A stretch of DNA of 56,560 nucleotides from a virus (IMGVR_UViG_3300035126_000207:1-56560), one strand, 5' to 3'. Shown: positions 24,595 to 34,289, counted from the first letter of the stretch. The notes: a model not told the origin generated them from the sequence alone. A program made the numbers and translations.

Positions 24595-25029
24595 GTCATT
24601 GGCCGCCAGCCAAACTTCAAACGCTTGCCACGCTGCATCACAGCCCAGCGCAACGCAGGCAAACGCGCCAGTCTTGGCCGATGCCGCGAGATACTCTTTC
24701 TGACCGTCTTGCCATTTTCCCAGCGTCGGATCGCGGCGCTTCAATTCGCAAACAAAGGCCACCCGCGCCGGAATAATGATGTCCGAAGCGCCCGGTGTCA
24801 TGCCTTCAGCCTTGTGCTTTGATACTGCACCAAACTGGCCGCCGGTCCGCAGGCCCTCATTGCGCGGATGCAACGCCAACCGTCCCCATGTTTCCGGATG
24901 CAGGCGCCGCAACCGACCGAAGAACGTGATCTGTTCTTGCTCCTCTGTCGGGCATTTGCCGCGAAACTCCAGATCACCAAATGTCAGAACGCCATCTTTA
25001 GCGATGTCCTGAAAATCACTGAGCCGCAT
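24586..25029 (-). CDS. VRR-NUC-like PD-(D/E)xK nuclease (putative junction resolvase)
   Basis: TEEQEQ, HPRNEG, KAEGMTPGASDI, CELKR, W..GQ.EYL. Confidence 0.8.
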   Translation of the reverse strand: MRLSDFQDIAKDGVLTFGDLEFRGKCPTEEQEQITFFGRLRRLHPETWGRLALHPRNEGLRTGGQFGAVSKHKAEGMTPGASDIIIPARVAFVCELKRRDPTLGKWQDGQKEYLAASAKTGAFACVALGCDAAWQAFEVWLAANDLS

Positions 25030-26887
25030 GTTGTTCTGCCTCGCTAAATGGATCCCACTCAATTTCCGCAACGCTTGGCATTTCCGGCTCTAAGTCCTCT
25101 GGGCGGTTATAAGCGCAGACATCAAAGAACCCGCTCTCAACGTCTTTGCGATACGTCACGGTCCTTGGCGCAACCGTCCCGCATTGCGTAGCAGCCTCAA
25201 AGGCGTTCCATTGGGACTGCCCCCGAGTATGCTTAGCCTCTGGCATCACCCAAGTCGTGAATTGTCTGTAAGGCGTTACCCATTCGACGCGCAGGGTCTT
25301 GTTGCCGCTGCGGCTGATGCTGGGTAATGCCGACATGCTGACAACGCGGTCAGTCTGCCATCTCGTGGGGTCACGCTTCAGCGCCTTGAAGTCTGCAACC
25401 AGTTTCTCATTGGGGTCAACGATCTCCCCCTTGCAGGATGTACAGTATCGAGCTGCGATGTCGTTATCTCCACCGCAATGCGGGCACTCTTTGAATGTCC
25501 ACCGATAGCCGCAGCGCTGATACTCACCACGCCGCCCAACCCGCTCTAGACCCATGCAGCGCCGCCCATAATGCACTGGGATCGGCCCGAAGTCCGACAT
25601 CACCTGTTGACCGTCAAGATCAAGTGCATAACCCGCCTCGTCGTGCTGGTAATCCAAATACTGCGGATTGGCTGTGAATGTGTTCTCATATGAGCAAGAG
25701 GGGCAGAGGCAAGTTATGCCACCACCCACCCCGCCAGCCTTACCAGCCTTAACCACCGGCGCGAACAGATCGCCATCCGGGCAATGGTCTTCAAGGTTGG
25801 TCGTATAGTCCAGCACAAGGCAGTCCGTCTTGCCCTCATGCAAGCGCAGCCCGCGCCCGATAATCTGCTGCAGGAGACCTATGCTTTCGGTCTTGCGAAG
25901 GATGGCGATCAGATCGACGTGGCTGGCGTCGAAGCCAGTGGTCAGCACTGAGACATTGACCAGATATTTGATCTGCTGCGCCTTAAATCGCTTTAGGATG
26001 CTGTCGCGCTGGGCCTTTGGTGTCCCCCCGGTGACGATCTGTGAAAGCTCTGGCGGCAGGCTGGCCATGATTTCGTGCGCGTGTTTCACCGTGGCAGCGA
26101 AGAACATAACGCCTTTGCGGTTGGCCGCCTGAGCCACAACATCGCCCACAATCGCCGCCGTCTTGCGACCGTGGCCGTGATAGGCCCTGTCCACTGCATC
26201 AGCATCAAACTGGCCACGGCTGTTGAGCGCAAGCCCGCTTGTATCGTAGCCGCTGGCGTTGATGGCACCGATCACCGGCGGCGTTAGATAACCCATGCCG
26301 ATCAGCGCGCGTGCATCTATTTTATAGACGCACTTTGCAAAGTATGGATCGCGCGCCGTGTCCTCACCGTTTATGCGTCCGGTGTCCTGCTCGCGGAAAA
26401 TCCAGCCAGACCCAAGGCGGTAAGGCGTGGCCGTCAGCCCGCAGACGCGCAGGTTTGGGTTGCCTTCGCGCATCGCTGCGATGATATCACGCACCGTCGG
26501 CGTGATGCCGTGCGCCTCGTCGATGATGACCAAAGCATAACCGTTGGGCCCCTGCATTTGAAAGCGGCTGATCTTGTTCTTGACGGTCAGCGGAGAGCCA
26601 AACACCACAGGGTGCCGCAATTCCTTCATGCCTGCGGTGGCTGAGAAGGTGCTCGCCCGGTTTCCCGTGGCCAGAAATTTTTCGCGGTTCTGCATCACCA
26701 GCTCAGCACTGGGCGCAAGGCATAGCACGCGCTTTCCCGTCATACCGTGGATCACGCGCGCTATCTCTGCGATGATGTGCGATTTACCTGCGCCCGTAGC
26801 CGCGTCAATGATGAACGGTGCCGCGCTGCGCTTCATCCATTCCAAAGCCGCATCTGCCGCGTCCTGCTGATATGGGCGGAGTGTCAT
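25016..26887 (-). CDS. SF2 DEAH helicase (YejH/RadD-like) with C-terminal zinc fingers
   Basis: LRPYQ, ATGAGKS, IIDEAH, GLTATPYR, VLTTGFD, QIIGRGLR, CxxC pairs. Confidence 0.92.
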   Translation of the reverse strand: MTLRPYQQDAADAALEWMKRSAAPFIIDAATGAGKSHIIAEIARVIHGMTGKRVLCLAPSAELVMQNREKFLATGNRASTFSATAGMKELRHPVVFGSPLTVKNKISRFQMQGPNGYALVIIDEAHGITPTVRDIIAAMREGNPNLRVCGLTATPYRLGSGWIFREQDTGRINGEDTARDPYFAKCVYKIDARALIGMGYLTPPVIGAINASGYDTSGLALNSRGQFDADAVDRAYHGHGRKTAAIVGDVVAQAANRKGVMFFAATVKHAHEIMASLPPELSQIVTGGTPKAQRDSILKRFKAQQIKYLVNVSVLTTGFDASHVDLIAILRKTESIGLLQQIIGRGLRLHEGKTDCLVLDYTTNLEDHCPDGDLFAPVVKAGKAGGVGGGITCLCPSCSYENTFTANPQYLDYQHDEAGYALDLDGQQVMSDFGPIPVHYGRRCMGLERVGRRGEYQRCGYRWTFKECPHCGGDNDIAARYCTSCKGEIVDPNEKLVADFKALKRDPTRWQTDRVVSMSALPSISRSGNKTLRVEWVTPYRQFTTWVMPEAKHTRGQSQWNAFEAATQCGTVAPRTVTYRKDVESGFFDVCAYNRPEDLEPEMPSVAEIEWDPFSEAEQHAAQ

Positions 26888-27747
26888 TTGACCACCCAAT
26901 AGCTTGAAGGCTTGCCGCGATACGGCTCAAGATCGGCATTCGGGATCAGAGCCTTGACAGCCTTGGCATAGGCAATCGCGCCAGCCTTTTCGATCTTGGT
27001 CAGCTTGCGCCCGGCAAAGATCGTGTCCTTCTGACCAGAAATGCGAACCATATCAGCAAGCAATTCCTTCTTGCGTTCCTCTGCGCGGTCGATGGCCTCA
27101 CAGATTTGGTCGTATTCAGCCGCGATCCGATGCGCCTCTGGCGTGTCGATGATCAGGCGCTTTGGCTCCAAGTGGATTGCAGGTTCTTCCCGCTCGGCCA
27201 AATACTCCGCATAAAACTGGCGCAGCTTGGGCAGATTTTCGTCCTGCCATGCCGTGTTGACCTTGACGCCTTCCAATGCAGAGCCTCGCGGCGACCACTG
27301 GTAAAAATCCCACCAAGGCCGATCCGTGACCCACATAGAAAACTGGATTTGATCGTAATAGTGCGGCTGATCTGCAAGCGTCTTAAACGCAGGCACTTCA
27401 TCTTTCCGCAGGCCAAACGGGCATTTGATTTCCAACCCGTAATTGTCGCTGACCAACCCATCAGGGCTGCATCCCGCCCAATCCTCGCGCGTAATAAAGC
27501 CGACAGCCTCAACGGCGTTGCCCGTTTCCATGATGTATTCAGCCAGCGCCCCAGCCTCATTGCGCGTGCCGTATTCGGTGGCGATGTTGCCTTCAAACTC
27601 TGGCTCTGCCCCGACCCATTCCCGCACCATGCGGCGCATCACGTCGTCGCGCGTGGCATATGGCGCATTGCCCAAGATCGCCCCCACAGACGATGCTGTG
27701 ATACGGCCTCTACGTGCTGCGTGCCATTCTTCTGTCCGCTGTTCCAA
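26884..27747 (-). CDS. YqaJ/lambda-exonuclease-like recombination nuclease
   Basis: EQRTEEWHAARRGRITAS, YGTRNE, GCSPDGLV, LEIKCP, YYDQIQ; TTG start with AGGAG RBS. Confidence 0.88.
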   Translation of the reverse strand: MEQRTEEWHAARRGRITASSVGAILGNAPYATRDDVMRRMVREWVGAEPEFEGNIATEYGTRNEAGALAEYIMETGNAVEAVGFITREDWAGCSPDGLVSDNYGLEIKCPFGLRKDEVPAFKTLADQPHYYDQIQFSMWVTDRPWWDFYQWSPRGSALEGVKVNTAWQDENLPKLRQFYAEYLAEREEPAIHLEPKRLIIDTPEAHRIAAEYDQICEAIDRAEERKKELLADMVRISGQKDTIFAGRKLTKIEKAGAIAYAKAVKALIPNADLEPYRGKPSSYWVVK

Positions 27748-27772
27748 TTTTGGCTCCTGTGTGTTTTGATGG

Positions 27773-27840
27773 TGTTGCCAGCGCCGCGCCTCTGAATGCT
27801 CAGGGTAATCGGCCACTCCCACCTTCGTGGCGCTGGCAAC
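27773..27840 (-). ncRNA. Candidate structured intergenic RNA between the ssb and exonuclease genes
   Basis: Perfect 12-bp inverted repeat GTTGCCAGCGCC/GGCGCTGGCAAC enclosing two small hairpins. Confidence 0.4.
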
Positions 27841-27851
27841 TTTGTCCCGGC

Positions 27852-28502
27852 TTAGATCAACCAGACCGGAGCAAACGGAATTTCATCGTCAACCAGTCCG
27901 GGCTTGGCATAACCGCCACCTCGCTGAGTGCCGAAGTCATCACGCGATCCAGTTGCTGCAGGAGCACTATTGGTCGGCAGTGGCTTGGCCTCGGCAACGT
28001 GAATGTCCTTCGACGCTTTGGATGCCACCGCTGACACCCAGTTGCCATGCATCATACCGCCGTTTCGCGTGTCCGGCATTGACCAGATCATCATAGTAGC
28101 GACCATCGGCTTGCTGGTCAGGTGCAGCAGATCGTCGTTGGTCGGGCGCCCCGGCTTTGCAGTCAGCTTACCGCCTGCGTTGGCGTCAATGGCTGCCAGC
28201 ATCTTGCGGGCTTTGTCGCGCTTTTTCAGGCCGGACGCCTCGTCCTTTGAACTTGGGTCCATGTCCATGACCCACAGCTTGTGGAACACCTTGCGGTTCT
28301 TGTATTCCTCGGGCGCAAGGACAGTCCAGCGTGCCGAGATAAACTCCTCGCCAGTGGGCTTCATCTCCCACTTGCATTCGTCAATCATGGCCAGCACCGA
28401 CGACCCTGCCGGGATTGGGTCCATGTTGCCCGACGGCACCTCATATTCGGTGCCAGTGTTTGCGGCTGTTTCGCCGTCGCTCAAATCCCAAAAGCCCATC
28501 AT
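27852..28502 (-). CDS. Single-stranded DNA-binding protein (DUF669-like)
   Basis: DPIPAG, EEYKNRKVFHKLW, acidic tail DDEIPF; located beside the Sak4-like ATPase. Confidence 0.75.
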   Translation of the reverse strand: MMGFWDLSDGETAANTGTEYEVPSGNMDPIPAGSSVLAMIDECKWEMKPTGEEFISARWTVLAPEEYKNRKVFHKLWVMDMDPSSKDEASGLKKRDKARKMLAAIDANAGGKLTAKPGRPTNDDLLHLTSKPMVATMMIWSMPDTRNGGMMHGNWVSAVASKASKDIHVAEAKPLPTNSAPAATGSRDDFGTQRGGGYAKPGLVDDEIPFAPVWLI

Positions 28503-29287
28503 TCGGCTCCTTCTTCAGTGTTAAGTTTTACTCCGCCAAGCGACGGGATGACTTTTGCCAGCGGGTTTTCCCCGAGGTGGTAATCCAAAGGCTCGGTGAT
28601 GCCGTAGCGGTTCTTGGAAACGTTGGCCGCCGTGGCGTGGCAGACCATTTCCAGATCGCCCGTGCTGATGGCCTTTTTGCGGTCGCCGTCCTCGCCCTTG
28701 GTGTAGGTCACAAGGCGCAGGAACCCGACAACATCAACGTCGTCGGTGTAGGGCGGCTGCGACTTCGGCGGCAGGCGCAGGGTCCAGCGCATGTAATCGT
28801 CAACGTCGGGCAGCTTCAGCGTTTCCACATCAGCGTGCGCCACGAAGACAACGTGCATCCCGCGCTTTTCGTTTGCCAGCCCAGCGCCTTTGCGGACGCG
28901 CTGGTGCATTGCAGACACCGCAGCCGTGCCAGCGCCGTAGCCGCCGAGGGCTTGGTTGATGCTCTTGGCCTTCGGGTCTTGCGCCAGAACATCGGCCACA
29001 AACAGCCGCTCCAGCGCCGTCACGCTGTCGATCACCAGAGTCTGGTAATCGTGTGGCTCGTGGATCACGGCAGTGATTTGCTCCCAAAGCTGCGCGGCGT
29101 TTTGCAGAAGCGGAAACGCATCTGGGCGCTTGTCGGCTGGGATAGCTTGCATCCCATCTTCTGCGCGGATGAAGATCGGCTTGGGGAATGCCGCCGCGAG
29201 GCTTGTCTTGCCCCGCCCAGCATCGCCGCAAACTGTCACGATGACAGGCCGGTCAACCGGCTTGCGTGCTAACTCCATGATTGACAT
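28499..29287 (-). CDS. Sak4/AAA_24-like ssDNA-annealing ATPase
   Basis: GDAGRGKTS, AEDG, TLVIDSVTALE, GGYGAG, FVAH, KNRYG. Confidence 0.85.
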   Translation of the reverse strand: MSIMELARKPVDRPVIVTVCGDAGRGKTSLAAAFPKPIFIRAEDGMQAIPADKRPDAFPLLQNAAQLWEQITAVIHEPHDYQTLVIDSVTALERLFVADVLAQDPKAKSINQALGGYGAGTAAVSAMHQRVRKGAGLANEKRGMHVVFVAHADVETLKLPDVDDYMRWTLRLPPKSQPPYTDDVDVVGFLRLVTYTKGEDGDRKKAISTGDLEMVCHATAANVSKNRYGITEPLDYHLGENPLAKVIPSLGGVKLNTEEGAE

Positions 29288-29351
29288 GGATCGTTCCTTT
29301 CATGTTTGGCACCTTGTGCCGTGCGTGGCGGGTCACGCTCCAAATCCCGCA

Positions 29352-29387
29352 TATTGACAATGCACGCTGCATCATGGCATGTCAATA
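29352..29387. promoter_or_regulatory. Overlapping divergent promoters / palindromic operator
   Basis: TATTGACA (29352) ... TGTCAATA (29380): TTGACA on both strands between sak4 and the HTH gene. Confidence 0.55.
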
Positions 29388-29418
29388 GGGCATGGTGCAC
29401 AAATCAGGGGAGAACAAA

Positions 29419-29595
29419 TTGCTGACACTCGACCATATAAAGCGCTTACTTTCTGACCGACGGCTAGATGTTGTGTCACGCGCCACGGGCGTTCACCGCA
29501 ACACTTTGGCTGCCATTCGAGACGGTAAGAACACCAACCCGACGCTCAAAACGATTGAGGCTTTGTCGGATTATCTTTCGCCACGTGACGCATGA
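29419..29595 (+). CDS. XRE-type HTH regulator
   Basis: RLDVVSRATGVHRNTLAAIRDGKNTNPTLKTIEALSDYL. Confidence 0.8.
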   Translation: MLTLDHIKRLLSDRRLDVVSRATGVHRNTLAAIRDGKNTNPTLKTIEALSDYLSPRDA

Positions 29596-30002
29596 CCCAC
29601 GATCCTGACTTTCCCGCGCCTGTTCGGCCTGCACGTCCAGCGCACATCGTCTCGCAGGCGGTTGTCTATCTTGACACGCTGGCTGAGCAAGACCCCGAGG
29701 CTGTTGCATGGGCCGCCTATGATTGGCTGAACATCCGCGCGGCTGGCTTGCCACTTCTGCCGCTTATTGACGGCACCGCCCGCGATGACGCAAGGTTTTG
29801 GGCTGAGACTGCGAACCCATCGGAACTTGAATGCTATGCGCTTGCCGCCGTCGACAGGCTTGGCGGCATGAGCGGTGGTCATGCGCTGTTTGCATCGCGG
29901 CAGATCAAGCGTCTTGTCGGCGCGCTTTGGAGGCGTATGTCGCCCAGCGAACAATCGGCCTTTGTAAAGTGGGCCGCAGATCAAATGGAAGGTAAAAAAT
30001 GA
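29592..30002 (+). CDS. Hypothetical protein in the replication operon
   Basis: ATGA coupled at both ends. Confidence 0.65.
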   Translation: MTHDPDFPAPVRPARPAHIVSQAVVYLDTLAEQDPEAVAWAAYDWLNIRAAGLPLLPLIDGTARDDARFWAETANPSELECYALAAVDRLGGMSGGHALFASRQIKRLVGALWRRMSPSEQSAFVKWAADQMEGKK

Positions 30003-31507
30003 GTGCCGACGATTTTGCAGACTTTGAGGCTGGCTATAACGGCGCCAAGTTCGGGCAGGCACCTCAAGCCGCGCAAGCCTATTCACAGGACGAGTTTAGC
30101 GCCGAAGATTTCGCACCGCCCGCGCCAGAGGCCCCGGAAAGCAACGACCGTTTCCCGCCCCCCTTTCCCCTTGACGGCCTAGACCTTCTCACCCCGCCCG
30201 GCTTTGTTGGTGATGTGGCCGCGTGGATCGACAGTCAGTGCCGCTATCCTCGCCGTCGCTTGGCCGTGGCATCTGCTATTTCTGCCATTGGCAACATCGG
30301 CGGCCTTCGCCACGAAGACCTGCGAGATGGCGTCACAGCCAACATGTTGGCTTTCTGCGTGGCTGCCAGCGCCACCGGGAAAGAAGCTGTTATGCAGGCC
30401 CTGACCGATCTGCACATCGCGGCGGGCGTGCATTACGCGCTGCAAGGCGGCATCAAGTCCGAGCAAGAGATCATGCGGAACTTGATCGAACACCAGTCGG
30501 CTTATTACATCATCGATGAAATCGGCATTTTTCTCATCAAGGTTCGCAATGCCCAGAAGCGGGGCGGTGCTGCCTACCTTGAGAGTGTGTTCGGCGCGAT
30601 CATGTCGGGCTATTCAAAGGCCAACAGCCGAATGCTTTTGCAGGGCGACACCAAGCGCGACCTTCGCAAGATGTTTGGCGGGATGCTGGCCAAGGCCGAA
30701 GATGATGGCCGCGATGATCTAATCGCCCGCGCTCAGCGTATGCTAAAGATGGTGGATGAAGGCCTTGATCGCCCGTTCCTATCCGTGGTCGGATTCACAA
30801 CGCCCGGCACCTTCGATCAAATCATGGACGGTGAAACGGCAACGCAGGGCTTCGTGGGCCGCGCGATCATCGTGGCCGAAACAGATAACAACCCAGAAGA
30901 ACGAGAGAACTTTCGCAAGCGCCCGATGCCGGAAAACCTTGCCATGAGGCTGGCGCAGATTTTCCACGGCGGTAACTTTGACGTGATGAACAGCGGCGGG
31001 CGTGTGGAGTATTCCGGCGACCGCGAACCCGTTAAAACCGACGATGATGCCAGCGATATGCTCCGCAAGGTGTCCAAGTGGCTGCACGCCTACGCTGAGG
31101 AGATGGGCGAGAACACCGGCGAGGCATCCGTCGCCATGATCCGGCGCGCCTATGAATTGGTCGCTAAGATCAGCTTCATTCTGGCCATACCAACAGCCCA
31201 GAGAACCGCCGAGCATGTGCGCTGGGCCTTCGCCTATGTCCGCGCCGAACTCGACGCCAAGATCAAACTGGTCTTCGCCAATGACAACTCCAAGGATCGC
31301 CCAGAAGAAGCAATCGCCGCCCGCGTCATCAACTACATCGACCCAGACAAGGGCGCATCAACCAAGGTGCTGGCAAACCGCATGAGAATGAAGCCCGAGG
31401 CGCTTGAGCCGATCCTGAACAAGATGGTGAGCGCAGGCATGATCCGTCGCGAGGCTGGCAAGAAGGCTTGGAAGGGGAAAATCCCAGATGTTTGGGTGGT
31501 GGCGTGA
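29999..31507 (+). CDS. DUF3987-like P-loop replicative helicase with C-terminal winged helix
   Basis: PPGFVG, AASATGKE (Walker A-like), YIIDEIG, GFTTP, QGFVGR. Confidence 0.75.
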   Translation: MSADDFADFEAGYNGAKFGQAPQAAQAYSQDEFSAEDFAPPAPEAPESNDRFPPPFPLDGLDLLTPPGFVGDVAAWIDSQCRYPRRRLAVASAISAIGNIGGLRHEDLRDGVTANMLAFCVAASATGKEAVMQALTDLHIAAGVHYALQGGIKSEQEIMRNLIEHQSAYYIIDEIGIFLIKVRNAQKRGGAAYLESVFGAIMSGYSKANSRMLLQGDTKRDLRKMFGGMLAKAEDDGRDDLIARAQRMLKMVDEGLDRPFLSVVGFTTPGTFDQIMDGETATQGFVGRAIIVAETDNNPEERENFRKRPMPENLAMRLAQIFHGGNFDVMNSGGRVEYSGDREPVKTDDDASDMLRKVSKWLHAYAEEMGENTGEASVAMIRRAYELVAKISFILAIPTAQRTAEHVRWAFAYVRAELDAKIKLVFANDNSKDRPEEAIAARVINYIDPDKGASTKVLANRMRMKPEALEPILNKMVSAGMIRREAGKKAWKGKIPDVWVVA

Positions 31508-31810
31508 TGGGGCGCGCTTTTGGGCGCGCCATCCAACATGTTTACGCAATGATACACGTTGTTTTTGCGATGTTTTATCACTTAAGTATTTGATTTTATT
31601 GATTTATTCATGTTTACACGGATTTGGTCGTAAGAGGCATAGATATACCCATATGGGGTGCCACAGTGGGATTCCTATAGAGGGTCTATGGGTAAAATAA
31701 GTAAGTATATATATATGTGTAAACATATAATATCTATAGAAAAGCCTTATAGGCCAGTGGGTTGGAAGTTATCAAGCCTGTGTATCTTGGCGCGTAATGT
31801 GCAAACATCT
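31508..31810. other. AT-rich non-coding region, putative replication origin
   Basis: Sharp GC drop; CATGTTTAC at 31537 and 31609, inverted GTGTAAACAT at 31717; (TA)n run. Confidence 0.5.
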
Positions 31811-31821
31811 TGGATGGGCAA

Positions 31822-32043
31822 ATGACCAACACGATCTACATCACCGGCGACACCAAGCAGGATGCCCTCTACCGCGCGCTGGGCGAGGCGCAGAAGGGCG
31901 ACCGCATCGTTTACCATGTCGGGCAGTGCTGCGGCGGACTGCATCGCTACGCGGCTGCCAAAGCGGAATCTGAAAAGCTGTGCCTGCTCTTCTGCAGGCG
32001 GGCTGGTCCGGGCCTCTTCGAATACATCGCCGTGAAGCGATAA
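31822..32043 (+). CDS. Hypothetical phage protein
   Basis: AQKGDRIVYHVG...FEYIAVKR. Confidence 0.65.
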   Translation: MTNTIYITGDTKQDALYRALGEAQKGDRIVYHVGQCCGGLHRYAAAKAESEKLCLLFCRRAGPGLFEYIAVKR

Positions 32044-32053
32044 TCAGCCGGGC

Positions 32054-32092
32054 TTCCTTTTCGTCAGCACTGAGCGTATAATGCCCGCCAAC
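32054..32092 (+). promoter_or_regulatory. Putative late promoter upstream of terS
   Basis: TATAAT at 32077 followed by GCCCGCCAAC, nearly identical to 51119-51134. Confidence 0.5.
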
Positions 32093-32126
32093 CAATCCGC
32101 ACCGTGAACGACAGAGCGAGGGAAGC

Positions 32127-32564
32127 ATGCCAGCCGGACGGCCTACGAAATACGACCCCTCGATGTGCGACATCGTCATAGCCGCAGGCGAAGAAGGTGA
32201 AACCCTCGCAGGAATGGCCGAAGCATGTGATGTTGATAGGGCAACAATTACAAACTGGATGGACGAACATCCTGAATTTTTCAGCGCCGTAAAGCGCGGA
32301 CTGCAGCGCGCGCAGGTCTGGTGGGAGCGTCAGGGCAAGCTGGCAACCTTCGGCTCAGTTCCCGGCTTCAACGCGACCAGCTACATCTTCAACATGAAAA
32401 ACCGCTTCCCGAACGATTGGCGCGAGAAGCAGGACGTTGACCTGACCTCCTCCGACGGCTCCATGACGCCGCAGGCCTTGAACCTCAAGAACCTCACCGA
32501 CACCGAACTTGCGGCTATGGCCAAACTCATGGCTAAAGCTCAGGCCCAACCCAAAGAGCAATGA
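32127..32564 (+). CDS. terS: Terminase small subunit
   Basis: GRPTKYDP, HTH, W..EHPEF..A, FNMKNRF..WREKQDVDLT; directly upstream of TerL. Confidence 0.85.
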   Translation: MPAGRPTKYDPSMCDIVIAAGEEGETLAGMAEACDVDRATITNWMDEHPEFFSAVKRGLQRAQVWWERQGKLATFGSVPGFNATSYIFNMKNRFPNDWREKQDVDLTSSDGSMTPQALNLKNLTDTELAAMAKLMAKAQAQPKEQ

Positions 32565-34132
32565 ACGCTCAGCTCAGCCCCGAGGTCATGCTGGACCTCA
32601 TCCGCAAGGAGCAGGAGCGCAGGGCGGCGTCAGCATCGCTTTACGAGTTCGTTCGCCAAGCGTGGCATGTGGTTGAGCCCGGCGTCCCGTTCATTCCCTC
32701 GTGGCACATTGAGGCGATCTGCGAGCATCTTGAGGCTGTCAGCGCAGGCGAAATCCACCGCCTGCTGGTCAACATCCCGCCCCGTCACTCCAAGTCGACG
32801 ATCGTCAGCGTCATGTGGCCCATGTGGGAGTGGCTGACCGATCCGGCGCAGAAGTTCCTCTGCGCGTCCTACTCGGGCAACCTGTCGATCCGCGACAACT
32901 TGAAAGCCCGGCGCCTCGTGCAGTCGCCGTGGTATCAGGAACGCTGGGGCCACATGTTCAGGCTGGCGGGCGACCAGAACGCCAAGCAGCGCTTCGAGAA
33001 CGACCAGACCGGCTACCGCATTGCCACCTCGGTCGGCGGCACGGCAACGGGTGAAGGCGGCTCGCGCCTGATCCTCGACGACCCGCACGGCGCGCAGGAC
33101 GCCCAGTCAGAGGCCATGCGAGAGTCGGCGCTGGAGTGGTTCGATCAGGTCTGGTCAACCCGACTGAACAACCCGAAGACCGACGCCATGGTCACTGTCA
33201 TGCAGCGCCTGCATGAGAAGGACATCAGCGGCCACATCCTCGAGGACATCGGCGGGTGGGAACACATCTGCATCCCGGCTGAGTGGGACGGCGCGGCTCG
33301 GCGGACCATCCTCGGCCCGTACGATCCACGCAAGAAGATCGGCGAGCTGATCTGCCCGGAGCGCTTCGGCGAGAAAGAGATCACCACCCTCAAGCAGCTC
33401 CTCGGCGAGTACGGCACGGCTGGCCAGCTGCAGCAAGATCCGACCCCGACCGGCGGCGGCATCCTCAAGACGGACTACTTCGAGCTCTGGCCGTCTGACA
33501 AGGCGCTGCCGCAGTTCGAATACATCCTGCAGTCCTACGACTGCGCCTTCACCGAGAAGACCACGGGCGACCCCACGGCCTGCTCGGTCTGGGCGATCTT
33601 CACGCACAACAACGAGCGAAACGCCATGCTCATAGATGCGTGGGATGAGCATCTGTCTTACCCTGACCTGCGCAATCGGGCGATCAAGGACTGGGGCACA
33701 GAGTACGGCGGCACCAGCGTCAAGGACGGCATCAGGCGCGCACGCAGGCCCGATCGCATCCTAGTCGAGGCCAAGGCCAGCGGGCAGTCCCTGCTGCAAG
33801 ATTTGCGCCTAGCGAAAGTGCCTGCGGTCGGGTATAATCCGGGCATGGCGGACAAGGTCAGCCGCGCGCATCAAGCCGCGCCGACCTTGGAGCTGGGGTT
33901 GTTGTGGGTGCCGGAGAGCGGGAAAAACCGTGGGCACGCTGTGAGTTGGGCGCAGCCCTTCATGAAGCAGCTCAGCAAATTCCCGGTGGCCGACCATGAC
34001 GATTATGTGGACACGTTCACTCAGGCGATCATCTACCTGAAGAACGACGGATGGTTCGAACTGCCGCAAGCTCGTGACCGTGACGAGCCCAAGCAATACA
34101 AGCGCGAGAAGGGAAACCCTTATGCCGTCTAA
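32561..34132 (+). CDS. terL: Terminase large subunit
   Basis: NIPPRHSKS, ATGEGG, LILDDPH, MQRLHEKD, QLQQDP, SYDCA, VEAKASG, HDDYVD. Confidence 0.95.
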   Translation: MNAQLSPEVMLDLIRKEQERRAASASLYEFVRQAWHVVEPGVPFIPSWHIEAICEHLEAVSAGEIHRLLVNIPPRHSKSTIVSVMWPMWEWLTDPAQKFLCASYSGNLSIRDNLKARRLVQSPWYQERWGHMFRLAGDQNAKQRFENDQTGYRIATSVGGTATGEGGSRLILDDPHGAQDAQSEAMRESALEWFDQVWSTRLNNPKTDAMVTVMQRLHEKDISGHILEDIGGWEHICIPAEWDGAARRTILGPYDPRKKIGELICPERFGEKEITTLKQLLGEYGTAGQLQQDPTPTGGGILKTDYFELWPSDKALPQFEYILQSYDCAFTEKTTGDPTACSVWAIFTHNNERNAMLIDAWDEHLSYPDLRNRAIKDWGTEYGGTSVKDGIRRARRPDRILVEAKASGQSLLQDLRLAKVPAVGYNPGMADKVSRAHQAAPTLELGLLWVPESGKNRGHAVSWAQPFMKQLSKFPVADHDDYVDTFTQAIIYLKNDGWFELPQARDRDEPKQYKREKGNPYAV

Positions 34133-34289
34133 AGAAAAGCCAGTCTGGGACAAGAAGCGGCCCAAGGGTCTCGGTGAGAGCAAGCCCCTCTCGGACAAGA
34201 AGAAAGACAGCGCCAAGCGCATGGCCGAGGCTGCGGGCCGCCCCTATCCGAACCTCGTCGACAACATGCGGGCCGCGAGGAAGAAATGA
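34122..34289 (+). CDS. Small basic protein
   Basis: Lys/Arg-rich, AGRPYPNLVDNM. Confidence 0.7.
   Translation: MPSKEKPVWDKKRPKGLGESKPLSDKKKDSAKRMAEAAGRPYPNLVDNMRAARKK

Noticed and set aside
32561-34132. Intein or intron in the terminase or helicase
   Set aside because: Normal lengths, contiguous motifs, no intein end signatures.
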